Notes under the pieces: generated by a model | The model's database searches: none | The model's input: the letters and a program-made list of their open reading frames with translations, nothing else | Told to the model about the DNA's origin: nothing | Program-made: the position numbers and the translations under genes | Shown here: one piece after another, positions 8,879-18,909 of the stretch | Layout of the letters: each line of letters starts with the position of its first letter | Position numbering within the stretch: the stretch's first letter is position 1 | Source: Alphaproteobacteria bacterium | GTDB taxonomy: Bacteria > Pseudomonadota > Alphaproteobacteria > GCA-2731375 | DNA length: 64,000 bases | Direction of reading: 5' to 3' | Assembly (NCBI GenBank): GCA_965225945.1 | Contig: CBDDBZ010000031.1 | Location: forward strand, 192,001 to 256,000

Positions 8879-10681
8879 CTACTGGAGTCGCCCAGCCACT
8901 CGCTCCCCCGCCAGTCCACGCTCCCGCAAGAGCTTCATGAAATTCCGCTTCGCCTTGTACCGACTGGTCAATTCGCCGACATAGGCGTCATGCTCGACCT
9001 CTTCGTCGAGGCCTTCCCGGATCACCCGCATGCGTTCCACCAACTCGCAAGCGGCCCTGTAGTTGGCGTTGCCGGCGCCGTCGACCAATCGCTCGATCCG
9101 GCGCGCGTGGGCCTTCAAGGCTTCTGCCGGATGGCTCTCTTCGCTCGCTTCCGCCAGTGACTCGAGCAGACCCTCGTGGCAACCGTGGGTTCGCACGATA
9201 ACCCAAGCTTCGGCGAAAAGTCCCTCCATCATCAAGACGTCGAGCAGAAGATCATTCGGCGACGTCCGCCAGGCCACCGAGGGACGCTCCCCGGCGTCGA
9301 TCCGGGCGCGCAGCATGGCGAGGACGCGGTCGCGGACCGCGACGTCCGCCGTTTTGTCGGCGCCGCCATCGCCCCGGAGCCGATGGTAGAGCTTCAGGCT
9401 CGGGCGTTAGTCGAAGGCCCGCCAAAGCAACGCCTCGCCATCCCCCACGCGTCCAACGCGTTCGTATTGATCGGCCGCGAAGAGCGTCAGACGTTCGTCG
9501 GGCGCATCCTCGAACAGCCACGATCCTTCCTCCGCCCACTTCATCGCGTCGGCCTCGCGGCCATGGTGGCGGCAGTAGGTCGCGACTTCGAGATAGTCGT
9601 ATGCCGTGGACAGGTCCTTAGCGCGGACGGCGATTCCGGCATCGACGTCGCCGTCGCGCTCGGCGAAACCTTTCAGGATCGCGCCCAGCCGAAACCGCGC
9701 GCCGTATTGAGGGTCGTGCGTCCGCCGCTTTCCGGCGCGCCGGGGCTCGATCTTCCGCCAGCCGTCATGCGCGAGACGGCGATACTCGGCGAGCCCGGTC
9801 TCGCCCAGCACATCCGCATAGGTCTCGCTCGCGCCGCCAAAAAAATCCCACGACCCGTCGGTTTCCCGCGCGAACAGGTCCCGGGCGAGCCCCACGGGAT
9901 CGGGCCTCGCCTCTCGGCACGCCGCAAGGTGGATTTCGAGGCCTCTGGCGTAAGCTTCGGCGCCATGCGCACCGGAATCGTCCATCTGGTCGAGCGCGTC
10001 CTCCATCCGCGCGAAAAACAGCTCGAGCAAGCGCAACACCAGCTCCGCCTGGCCCTTCGCGACCAGTTCCGCGACTTGGTCGAGGACGCGCTCGATGTCG
10101 GCCGCGAACTCGCCGGCGCGGCCATAATCGATGAAGTCGTGAATCCGCGTGGCCTCGGTGATGGCCTGTTCGAAGCGAGCGAACAGCGCTTCGTCGTCGG
10201 CGATCGCGCTCGCCGCCGCGAGTTCGAGATCTCGGCTCGACGCGGGATCACGCTCGCGCGAGATGCCGGCTCTTCTCGCGCGAGAAGAGCCGGCATCTCG
10301 CGCGAGAAGATACGCGCGGACCTCGCAACGCCGGTCGAGGGCTTGCGCAAACGCCTCGGGCCCGAGCTCGTTGACGGCGAGCGCGCTCGCCACCAAGTGC
10401 TTGCAGAAGCCCCAATCGTCGAAGGCCGGGCAGGAGCAGTCCCCGGAGACGTCACCTCCGGCGCCCAGGAGTTCCGAGCGATAGATCTCGGTGCCGAACA
10501 CCCTCGCCACGACGCGGGCGGAATCGATCGAGACGATATCGACCCGCTCGTCCTCATGGTAGGCGACGCCGCGCGCGTACACCTTCTCACCCGCGACGCG
10601 GCGTAGCACGGCGACATCAAAACGCGGGGACCCGACGGCCGCTTCGGGGCTACCCGACGCGCGTTTTGTCGTTTTCGTCAT
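8879..10681 (-). pseudogene. SWIM zinc-finger (DUF6880-like) protein with in-frame TAA at 9407-9409
   Basis: CSCP...FCKHLVA SWIM motif; reading continues in the same frame after the stop (RAFD*RPSLKLY...) to YKAKRNFMKLL. Confidence 0.8.
10253..10306. repeat. Perfect 54-bp palindrome within SWIM gene
   Basis: CTCGCGCGAGATGCCGGCTCTTCTCGCGCGAGAAGAGCCGGCATCTCGCGCGAG equals its own reverse complement. Confidence 0.95.
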
Positions 10682-10715
10682 GGTTGTCGGATCCCGTTGG
10701 CGTCGGCGCGCTCGA

Positions 10716-11252
10716 CTAAACCGGGTGAAGGAGCCCATCCTCTTCGATGAGGCGAAGAGCCTCGACCAAGGAGACATCCTTATGGAGGGATCTCCATTCG
10801 CCCGTATGGCGGTGCCACATCACATCGAAGAGGTCGCGGCCATGGTAATCCAGGCGAGCAAAGGCATGCTCGAATTCGGACCGAAGCGAGTCGGCGTGGC
10901 CCGAACGGAACCGCTCGATAAATCGATAGCGACCACCATGCCACTTCCCATAGAGATCCACGGGGTAGTTGAACTCGCTCGGTCGGATGGCGGGAAGGAA
11001 GCGCGGCTTCAGGACTTCGGCCACGAATTTTTCGCAAGCCAGGGTAATCGCGGCCTTCTCGAGGTCCGGCGGCCGGCTTGGAGTCCGCGTCCGCGTCCAA
11101 ACCCACTCTCGTCTCGGCACGGTGCCATCCCTCGAAACGAATCGCCTGTCAGACCCCGAGGATAACACGCCGGCCACCTCACCGAGAGCCCGGGCGAACT
11201 CATAATCTTCCCTACGAACAAGTCCTTCGCGTCGCTCGGTGGACTTCTTCAC
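10716..11252 (-). CDS. Conserved hypothetical protein (DUF3024-like); start may be GTG at 11120
   Basis: FNYPVDLYGKWHG...FARL.Y...WHRHTGEW. Confidence 0.55.
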   Translation of the reverse strand: MKKSTERREGLVRREDYEFARALGEVAGVLSSGSDRRFVSRDGTVPRREWVWTRTRTPSRPPDLEKAAITLACEKFVAEVLKPRFLPAIRPSEFNYPVDLYGKWHGGRYRFIERFRSGHADSLRSEFEHAFARLDYHGRDLFDVMWHRHTGEWRSLHKDVSLVEALRLIEEDGLLHPV

Positions 11253-11339
11253 CGGGGAGCAATCCGGGGATCGCGCCTCAAAGGCGTCTCGGGCGGTTGC
11301 CCGAGCGCCGCATAACGCGTTGAATATAATTGAGAAAAT

Positions 11340-11416
11340 TGGTCGGGGTGAGAGGATTTGAACCTCCGGCCCCTGCCTCCCGAAGACAGTGCTCTACCAG
11401 GCTGAGCTACACCCCG
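11340..11416 (-). tRNA. tRNA-Pro(CGG)
   Basis: CGGGGTGTAGCTCAGCCTGGTAGAGC...TT CGG GA...GGTTCAAATCC...CCCCGACCA, 77 nt with encoded CCA. Confidence 0.97.
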
Positions 11417-11433
11417 GCCGGAATTCGGCGATG

Positions 11434-11462
11434 CTTATAGCGCCGACACAGCTCCACCGCAA
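11434..11462 (-). promoter_or_regulatory. Probable sigma70 promoter of tRNA-Pro
   Basis: TTGCGG-N17-TATAAG, 17 bp upstream of the tRNA. Confidence 0.55.
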
Positions 11463-11487
11463 GCGAGCTTCCGCGCCCCACCCTCGC

Positions 11488-12549
11488 TCAGTGCGCCCGA
11501 TCGATGCAGAAGTCGATGACCTGATCCAGCGCCCGCTTGGGCGCGCTCTCGGGAAACAGGCCGAGGGCGTCGCGTGCCATGGCGCCGTAATGGCGGGCCC
11601 GCTCCACCGTGTCGTCGAGGGCGCCGTGGCTCCGGATCAGCCCGATCGCCCGCTCCAGGTCGCCCGCCTCCTGCTTGCCGTGCTCGACGCAAGCCCGCCA
11701 GAAGGCGCGCTCCGCCTCGTTGCCCCGGCGGAAGGCCAGCACGACCGGCAGCGTCACCTTGCCCTCGCGGAAATCATCGCCGACGGTCTTGCCGAGCACC
11801 GATTCGCGGGCCGCGTAATCGAGCGCGTCGTCGACCAGTTGGAAGGCGATGCCGAGGTTCTTGCCGTAACTCTCGAGCGCCGTCTCATCGGCCGTGGGGC
11901 GTTCCGCGACGACGGCGCCGATACGGCAGGCGGCGGCGAACAGCGCCGCCGTCTTGGCCGAGATCACCTCGAGGTAGGCGTCCTCCGTGGTCTCGGTGTT
12001 GTTCGCGGTTTCGAGTTGCAGCACCTCCCCCTCGGCGATCACCGCCGAGGCGTCGGAGAGGATGCGCAAGACCTCCAAAGAGCCGTCCTCGACCATCACC
12101 TGAAAGGCCCGGGAGAACAGGAAATCACCGACCAGGACGCTCGCCTGATTGCCCCAGAGCACGTTGGCGGTGGCGTTGCCCCGGCGTAGGTCGCTCTCAT
12201 CGACGACGTCGTCGTGCAACAGCGTCGCGGTGTGGATAAATTCGACACAGGCGGCCAGCGGAATATGGCGCTCGCCGCCATAGCCGCACAGCGCGGCCGC
12301 GCCCAGCGTCAGCATCGGCCGGAGCCGCTTGCCGCCGGCGGCGATGATATGGCCGGCGAGCTGGGGGATCAGCGCCACGCGGCTCGTCATGCGGCGCCCG
12401 ATCACCTCGTTGACCCGGGCCATGTCGTCGCCGACCAGGGCCTGCAACGCCGCCATCGAGGCGCGCGCGGCGGCGTGGCGCTCCTCGCTCAAATGTACGA
12501 TATCGGCCACCGAACCATCCTCGCCTTCGAACGTCCCCGTCCCGAACAT
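11488..12549 (-). CDS. ispB: Polyprenyl (octa/decaprenyl) diphosphate synthase
   Basis: GGKRLRP, HDDVVD (FARM), FQLVDD (SARM); true start probably GTG near 12510. Confidence 0.92.
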   Translation of the reverse strand: MFGTGTFEGEDGSVADIVHLSEERHAAARASMAALQALVGDDMARVNEVIGRRMTSRVALIPQLAGHIIAAGGKRLRPMLTLGAAALCGYGGERHIPLAACVEFIHTATLLHDDVVDESDLRRGNATANVLWGNQASVLVGDFLFSRAFQVMVEDGSLEVLRILSDASAVIAEGEVLQLETANNTETTEDAYLEVISAKTAALFAAACRIGAVVAERPTADETALESYGKNLGIAFQLVDDALDYAARESVLGKTVGDDFREGKVTLPVVLAFRRGNEAERAFWRACVEHGKQEAGDLERAIGLIRSHGALDDTVERARHYGAMARDALGLFPESAPKRALDQVIDFCIDRAH

Positions 12550-12626
12550 AAAACGTCACGAGCGCCAAGAGAACCCGAAGCCACGCGACCCGAGGTCACA
12601 CGCGGTGACGAGCGTCGAGGCGGATC

Positions 12627-13952
12627 TCAGTCGAAACCCAGCAATTGGTCCGGCAGCCAGATCGCCAAAGCCGGAAACACCATGACCAGGCCCAGCGCGA
12701 TGATCTCCAAGCCGATAAAGGGGATCACGCCCCTGTACATGTCCTTGAGCGTGATCTCCGGCGGACTGATACCGCGCAAGTAGAAGATCGCCGGCGCCAT
12801 CGGCGGCGTCAGGTAGCTGGTCTGGATCACGATCAGGAACAGGATGCAGAACCAGATCTCGTCGAAGCCGAACTGCTTCATCAGCAGAATGGCGATCGGG
12901 ATGAAGATCAGGATGATCGAGATCAGATCCAGCACGAAGCCGGCCATGAACGACAGGAAGAGGATCAGGAACAGCGTTGCCCACGGGCCCAAGCCCGATG
13001 CCTGCAACAAATTCTGCACCGCCGCCATGCCGCCCGAGGCGATGAACACGCCCGCGAACATGGTGCCGCCGAGCAGGATCATCAGGATCATCGCGGTGAT
13101 CAAAAGGGTCTTGACGAAGGCCTGCGACAGCACCGAAAAGGTGAATCTACGGTAAATCAGCGTCAGGATGACCGAGCCGAAGGCGCCCATCGCCGCCGCT
13201 TCCGTCGGCGTCGCCGCGCCGACCATGATCGAGCCCAAGACGGCGGCGATCAGGAACACCGGCGGCAATAGTGCCTGCACCGTGATCATCAGCTTTTCGG
13301 CCAGGCTGGGCTCGTCGTCGGCCGGCGGCAGCCGGGGCCCATAGTGCGGCGCCACGGTGCAGAGGATCAGGATGTAGAGAATATACAGGCCCGCCAGGAT
13401 CAGGCCCGGGATCAGAATGCCGACGAACAGGCTGCCGACGTCGACGTCGGCCACCGGGCCGAGAATGACCACTACCACGGAGGGAGGAATGATCGTGCCC
13501 AGCGAGCCGCCGGCGCAAATCGTGCCGGAGATCAGCCCCTTGTTGTAGGCATAGCGCAGCATGACCGGGATCGCCAACAGGCCCACCACCGACTCGGTGG
13601 CGCCGATGACACCACTGGCCGCGGCGAAGATCACGCACATGAGCACCGTGCCGACGGCGAGGCCGCCGGGCAAACGGCGGGTCCAGAGATGTATCGCCTC
13701 GAACAATTTTACCGCGATGCCCGAACGCTCCATCATCGAGCCCATGAAGATGAAGAGCGGCACGGCGGCCAGCACCGCGGTGCCGTTCACGTCCTGCACC
13801 TTGGTGACCAGGATTTGCGCCAACGCGTCCGGCGGCCAGCGTATGAGGCCGAAGACGAAGGCCGTTCCCATCAACGAGAAGGCGACCGGGAAGCCCATGA
13901 AGATGGCGAACATCAACGCCGGGAACATCCATGCGGCGAGCCAGAAACTCAT
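12627..13952 (-). CDS. TRAP transporter large permease DctM
   Basis: AVPLFIFMG, GTIIPPS, ATPTEAAA, YLTPPM. Confidence 0.93.
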   Translation of the reverse strand: MSFWLAAWMFPALMFAIFMGFPVAFSLMGTAFVFGLIRWPPDALAQILVTKVQDVNGTAVLAAVPLFIFMGSMMERSGIAVKLFEAIHLWTRRLPGGLAVGTVLMCVIFAAASGVIGATESVVGLLAIPVMLRYAYNKGLISGTICAGGSLGTIIPPSVVVVILGPVADVDVGSLFVGILIPGLILAGLYILYILILCTVAPHYGPRLPPADDEPSLAEKLMITVQALLPPVFLIAAVLGSIMVGAATPTEAAAMGAFGSVILTLIYRRFTFSVLSQAFVKTLLITAMILMILLGGTMFAGVFIASGGMAAVQNLLQASGLGPWATLFLILFLSFMAGFVLDLISIILIFIPIAILLMKQFGFDEIWFCILFLIVIQTSYLTPPMAPAIFYLRGISPPEITLKDMYRGVIPFIGLEIIALGLVMVFPALAIWLPDQLLGFD

Positions 13953-14482
13953 TCCGCGGCCTCCGGTCGGGCCACGTCATGGCCCATGAGCACGAGAATG
14001 CATTTCAGCACCTCCGCCACCACTTGCAGCAGCAGCAGGAACATGCCCACCACGAAGCTCACGCGGAACGGCCAAACCACCGGGTTCCACGCCGACTCGC
14101 CAGACAACTCGTTGTGCTCGTAGGCGTAGATCATGTAGTCCACAAGGCCGTTTTTCCAGAACACCAGAAGAATGCAGGCGGGGATGATCAAGCCCCCGAA
14201 GCCGATCAGATCGATCAGCGCCTGCTTCTTCAGGCCGACCTGGTCGTAAAGGAAGTCGACCCGGATGTGCCGGCGCATCTGCAAGGTATAGGCGATGCCG
14301 AACATGAAGCTCGCGCCCATCGTCATGTAGGACATCTCGTAGGCCCAGAAGGTGGGCGAAGCGAAGAACTTGCGCGCGATCACCTCGTAGACCATGGAGA
14401 GCATCAGCGGCGCCACGAACCAGGCGCCGATGTAGCCGAACCCCTTGGTCAGCCACTCGATCGGCCGGATTATCATCCACAT
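13949..14482 (-). CDS. TRAP transporter small permease DctQ
   Basis: YEVIAR..F..PT.WAYE, HIRVD; 4 TM segments. Confidence 0.88.
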   Translation of the reverse strand: MWMIIRPIEWLTKGFGYIGAWFVAPLMLSMVYEVIARKFFASPTFWAYEMSYMTMGASFMFGIAYTLQMRRHIRVDFLYDQVGLKKQALIDLIGFGGLIIPACILLVFWKNGLVDYMIYAYEHNELSGESAWNPVVWPFRVSFVVGMFLLLLQVVAEVLKCILVLMGHDVARPEAAE

Positions 14483-14492
14483 CGACCGGATC

Positions 14493-14542
14493 CCCCCGGT
14501 GATAGATTGAAGAACTGCCCCCGGTGATAGATTGAAGAACTG
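14493..14542. repeat. Perfect 25-bp tandem duplication
   Basis: CCCCCGGTGATAGATTGAAGAACTG x2. Confidence 0.95.
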
Positions 14543-14565
14543 AAAGTACGGAAGGCGGCCCCATC

Positions 14566-14604
14566 TCGACACGGGGGCGCCCCGTCGGGGCGCCCCCGTG
14601 TCGA
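14566..14604. terminator. 18-bp stem hairpin between dctP and dctQ
   Basis: TCGACACGGGGGCGCCCC-GTC-GGGGCGCCCCCGTGTCGA. Confidence 0.75.
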
Positions 14605-14628
14605 AATCGAACCCTACGCTGAACGCGA

Positions 14629-15678
14629 CTACTTGGGTTTGGGCGTGTCGCGATACTTGTAGGCGTTGGCCCAGGACTTCTGATAGGCCCGCTGGTGAGC
14701 CAGAACCTTCTTGAACCAGCCGCCCTGCTCCGCCGCGACCTTGTCGGCCCAGGCGTACGACAGCTCCTTGCCCTTCTTGATCACGGCGTCGTCCAGAATC
14801 ACGATCTCGTTACCCGAGTTGATGTAGAACTGGTAGGCGTCCGCGTCCTCGTGGCCGGTCTTGTGGTAGAAATGCAGGCTGACGTCGCGGCCGGCGAACT
14901 CGATCAGTTGCTTGTGGCGCTCCGAGAGGCCCTTCCAGACGTCCATGTTGAAGCTGCAGGCGATCACGGCCGAAGGCTGATGGATCCCCGGCATGATCAG
15001 ATACTTGGCGATCTTGTGGAAGCCGATCGACTTGTTGATCGAAAGCTGCGCCCACTCGATCGCGTCGATCACGCCGCGCTCCAGCGCCGGATAGACTTCC
15101 GCGCCCGGCAGGATCACCGTCGAGGTACCGAAGCCGGAGGCGATCTCGGCCCAAGCGCCGGCGGTGCGCAGCTTCAGTCCCTTGAAGTCGTCGAGCGTCT
15201 GGATCTTCTTGCGCGAATGCATGCCCATTTCGCGCGGCAGGATGCCGCAGGGCACCGGCACGACGGAGAACTTCTCGATCCGGAACTCCTTGTAGAGCTC
15301 CTTGCCGCCGCCATAGAACAGCCAGTGGATCATCTGCTCGCCATTCAGGCCGCCGGCGTAGCCACCGAACAGCACCGTCGTCTTGTCGATGCCCCAGTCG
15401 TAGCCGTCCCAGCTATGGCCGGATTCGGTCACGCGGCTGCGCACCGTCTCGGTGACCTTCAGCGGGCTGCCCATGGTGCCGCCCGGGAAGACCTGGATCT
15501 TGATCTGGCCGTCGGTCAGAAGCTCGATCCTCTGCGCGGCGCCCTTGGCCGCGGTCTCGAGCACCGGACCGCCACCCCAGGAGGTGGCCATGCTCCAGTT
15601 CTGCTGCGCCGATACGGAACCGGTGGCGAGCGCGAGCGCGGCCACGGTCCCCAGCGCCGTCGAAATAATTCGTTTCAT
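14629..15678 (-). CDS. TRAP substrate-binding protein DctP (TakP-like)
   Basis: Signal peptide, WSMATSW, FKGLKLR, ALERGVIDAIEW. Confidence 0.9.
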   Translation of the reverse strand: MKRIISTALGTVAALALATGSVSAQQNWSMATSWGGGPVLETAAKGAAQRIELLTDGQIKIQVFPGGTMGSPLKVTETVRSRVTESGHSWDGYDWGIDKTTVLFGGYAGGLNGEQMIHWLFYGGGKELYKEFRIEKFSVVPVPCGILPREMGMHSRKKIQTLDDFKGLKLRTAGAWAEIASGFGTSTVILPGAEVYPALERGVIDAIEWAQLSINKSIGFHKIAKYLIMPGIHQPSAVIACSFNMDVWKGLSERHKQLIEFAGRDVSLHFYHKTGHEDADAYQFYINSGNEIVILDDAVIKKGKELSYAWADKVAAEQGGWFKKVLAHQRAYQKSWANAYKYRDTPKPK

Positions 15679-15936
15679 GAAACTCAACCCTCCCTTGGTC
15701 TGCCCCGCGAGCACCCGGCGGGGCCGAGCGCTCTAGGTCTTCTGGATCTCCCGGCGTCTCCGCGCCGAGAACCCGACCTGGCCGTTAGCTCGGCGGGCGA
15801 CCTGGGACGCCGAACCGGCCACGATGAAAAGATCATAGCTTTCGAGGGTAGGGCGTCAACACTCGGCGAACTGGTCGCCGCGCAAGGACCCATTCGCCGC
15901 CTTCGAAAGGTGGCCGAGTTCACGACGATTCTAGTC

Positions 15937-16170
15937 TCACGACGGCGAGCCGGGCCCGGCCGAAAGCAGGGCCCCGAGCGTCGAGACGAATGCCAAGGGC
16001 TGGTCCACGATCAGGTGGTGTCGGGCCTCCGGCGGCTCGATCATCGGGCTCCCCGGCCCCATCCGTTCCCTCATGAAGTCGACGACCTCCGGCGTCACCG
16101 GGGCACTGTCGGCGCCGTGGATGACGGCCTTGGGACAGCGCATGGCGGCCATATGTTGGATTCTATCCAC
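15937..16170 (-). pseudogene. C-terminal fragment of an alpha/beta hydrolase
   Basis: CPKAVIHGADS...PEARHHLIVDQPLAFVSTL with no N-terminal part. Confidence 0.55.
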
Positions 16171-17375
16171 TAGATCGCGCCGCCGTCGCGCAAGCCCCGG
16201 ATCGCCGCCGCGTCGTAGCCGAGCTCGGCCAGGACCTCGTCCGTGTGCTCGCCCAGGAGCGGCGCGCGGCGTTCCGCCCGGGGGCCGTCCTCGTCGGCCA
16301 TGAAGCCGAGGCCGGGAAGCGTCAACTGGCCACTCTCGGCCTCCGGCGCCGGCACTTCCATCAAGATGCCGCGGTGCTCGAGCTGCGGTTCGCCCAGCGC
16401 GCTCGCCAGATCGGCCACCGGTTCGGCCGGCACGCCCTGCGCGGCCATCTGCCGCAGCCAGACCGCGCTCGCCTCGCCGGCCAAGATTTCGCCGATCTCC
16501 GCCCGGATCTCGTCGGCGTGCGCGACCCGGCCCTCGGTGGTCCGATAGCGCTCGCTTGTCGCCCAGGCCTCGCGCCCGAGCGCGCGGCAGAGCGCCGCCA
16601 CCATGTGGTCGGCGATCACCGCGATCGACAGATGGCCGTCCCGGGTGGCCCAGGTGTCGGCGGTGCCTTGGTGGGCTTGCGAGCGGTTGCCGATCAGCGT
16701 CGGCACCTGGCCCTCGACCAGATAGCGGCTGACGATCGGGTTCATGATCTGGATCGCGGCATCGGTCATCGCCACGTCCAGCCACTGGCCCCTTCCGGTC
16801 GTCCGACGGCGGTAGAGGGCGGCGGCGATGGCGAAAGCGGCGGTCAGCGCGGTGGTCATGTCGACCACCATGAAGCCGACGCGGACCGGGCCCGTCGCCG
16901 GGTCGCCAGTCACCGACATGATGCCGGAGCCCGCCTGGATCACCCCGTCATAGGCCGGCAGGCCCGACTTCGGCCCCTCCTGGCCGTAGCCGGAGACCGA
17001 GCAATAGACGATATCCTCGCGGACCGACTTGGCCCATACGTAATCGAAGCCGAGGCGCGCCATCACCCCGGGGCGAAAATTCTCCAGCACCACGTCGGCC
17101 CCCTCGACGAGGCGTGTCAGCACTTCCTTCGCGCGCGGGTGCTTGAGGTCGAGGGTGATCGCCCGCTTGTTGGGATTGGCGCCGAGGAAGGCGGGTGCCA
17201 AGCCACGCGCCGCCCATTCGCCCTCGGTCGTCAGGCGGCGCATCTGGTCGCCGCCGCCCGGGTGCTCGATCTTGACGACGTCGGCGCCCAGCAGCGCGAG
17301 CTGCGCCGCCGCAAACGGTCCGGCCAGGACTTGGCTGAAATCGATGACGCGGACATTCTCGAAGGCACGTGGCAT
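16170..17375 (-). CDS. Family III CoA-transferase (CaiB/BaiF)
   Basis: RVIDFSQVLAGP, LGADVVKIE, ENFRPG, catalytic VD. Confidence 0.93.
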   Translation of the reverse strand: MPRAFENVRVIDFSQVLAGPFAAAQLALLGADVVKIEHPGGGDQMRRLTTEGEWAARGLAPAFLGANPNKRAITLDLKHPRAKEVLTRLVEGADVVLENFRPGVMARLGFDYVWAKSVREDIVYCSVSGYGQEGPKSGLPAYDGVIQAGSGIMSVTGDPATGPVRVGFMVVDMTTALTAAFAIAAALYRRRTTGRGQWLDVAMTDAAIQIMNPIVSRYLVEGQVPTLIGNRSQAHQGTADTWATRDGHLSIAVIADHMVAALCRALGREAWATSERYRTTEGRVAHADEIRAEIGEILAGEASAVWLRQMAAQGVPAEPVADLASALGEPQLEHRGILMEVPAPEAESGQLTLPGLGFMADEDGPRAERRAPLLGEHTDEVLAELGYDAAAIRGLRDGGAI

Positions 17376-17496
17376 GGCTCTCCCCCGCCGGAGCTAAAAG
17401 CTGGTCGGACAGTAGCTTGGGCGAGGCTCGGCCGCTTCCCGTAAATGTCGAGCAGGCGCTTCGGATAGCCCCACGTCCCGGGCCGGCGCCCGCGTC

Positions 17497-18750
17497 TCAG
17501 TCGGCCTCGGCCCGGGCCGCCTCGGCCGCCCGGGCGGCATCCTTCGCCGCCATCCGCGCCTTCAACTGCTCCGGCGACAGGCGAACGATGTCCTCGTTCT
17601 GATGGCTGAAGATGTCGTAGCCCTCGGTCGCCAGCGCCTCCAACGCGATCGAACCGTCGAGCACGCCCGCCTTCCAGGCCGCGTGCTCGGCCTCGCCGGC
17701 GTGGAATTCCGGCATCACCTCCCGGGCGAAGAGTTCCAGGCTGTCGCAGATATCCTGGTGGCTGGTCTTGCCGGCCTGGTTCAGCAGGATCACCTGGTCG
17801 ACATGGGCCGCTTGATAGTGGCGGAGCTTGCGGCGAATGGTCTCGGGCGAGCCGATCATGCCGGCGGTCAGCGCCTGCTTCGCCTTGTCGGTCTTGCGCC
17901 AGTCCTGATACGCGTTCCAGAGGTTGCCGGTGCCCGGCGCGTCGACGCCCTTGCGGCCATAATACGAAAGCGCGAAGATGAAGAAGGTCCAGCCGGCGGC
18001 CTTCTCGATCGCCTCCTCGTCGCTCTCGGCGCACATGAAGCCGCTGACCATGGCGATGTTGGGGTTGATGGGGTAGTCGGCCAGCCGGTTCGGATTGTGC
18101 AGCAGTTCGTTATAATAACGGTGCACCCAGGCCAGGGCCGCCTCGGGCGAGACGAAGGTGAAGCCGAGCGCGCCGAGGCCCCATTCGCCGGCCTTGGCGA
18201 TGGTCTGGATGTTGGAGCAGGCGACCCAGAGCGGCGGGTGCGGCTTCTGATAGGGCTTGGGCACCACGTTGCGCGCGGGGAAATCATAATATTCGCCGTG
18301 GAACTCCCAACTATCGCGGGTGAACATCGGGATGATCGCGCGGACCGCCTCCTCCCAGCGGTCGCGCTTGTCGCGGACCCGAATGTTGAAGGGATGCAGT
18401 TCCGCCGGGCCGGCGCCTTCGCCCATGCCGAACTCGACCCGCCCGTTCGACAACAAATCGAGGGTGGCGACCCGCTCGGCCACCCGATGCGGCTGGTTGG
18501 TGGTGAGCTGGATGATGCCGTGGCCGAGGCGGATGCGCTCCGTCCGCTGGCTCGCCGCGCCGAGGAAGACCTCCGGCGCCGAGCAGTGGGAGTATTCCTC
18601 GAGGAAGTGATGCTCGACGCACCAGGCATAGTCGAAGCCGATCCTGTCCGCGAGCTCGATCTGGCTGAGCGAATTCGCCAGCAGATCCCGCTCGCTCTCG
18701 GAATTCCAGGGCCGTGGGATCTGGTGCTCGTAGAAAATGCCGAACTTCAT
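17497..18750 (-). CDS. LLM-class flavin-dependent oxidoreductase
   Basis: MKFGIFYE, VEHHF, RVAERVATLDLLSNGR, PKPYQKPHPP. Confidence 0.92.
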   Translation of the reverse strand: MKFGIFYEHQIPRPWNSESERDLLANSLSQIELADRIGFDYAWCVEHHFLEEYSHCSAPEVFLGAASQRTERIRLGHGIIQLTTNQPHRVAERVATLDLLSNGRVEFGMGEGAGPAELHPFNIRVRDKRDRWEEAVRAIIPMFTRDSWEFHGEYYDFPARNVVPKPYQKPHPPLWVACSNIQTIAKAGEWGLGALGFTFVSPEAALAWVHRYYNELLHNPNRLADYPINPNIAMVSGFMCAESDEEAIEKAAGWTFFIFALSYYGRKGVDAPGTGNLWNAYQDWRKTDKAKQALTAGMIGSPETIRRKLRHYQAAHVDQVILLNQAGKTSHQDICDSLELFAREVMPEFHAGEAEHAAWKAGVLDGSIALEALATEGYDIFSHQNEDIVRLSPEQLKARMAAKDAARAAEAARAEAD

Positions 18751-18909
18751 TCGGGACCGCTCCTCGGCGGGAAATGGGTCTGAACCGTCGCCGGACGGGC
18801 GCGCGGGCCTTCATAGCATTCTTTGCGGGCGCGCGGAATTCCCGCGCCGGCGCCGCGCGTTGGTCTATGTTGGCGCCATCTCGGAATCCGCTTGGGAAGG
18901 GAGGGAAAG

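Noticed and set aside
14493-14542. Possible CRISPR repeat
   Set aside because: Only two directly adjacent copies, no spacer, no cas genes.
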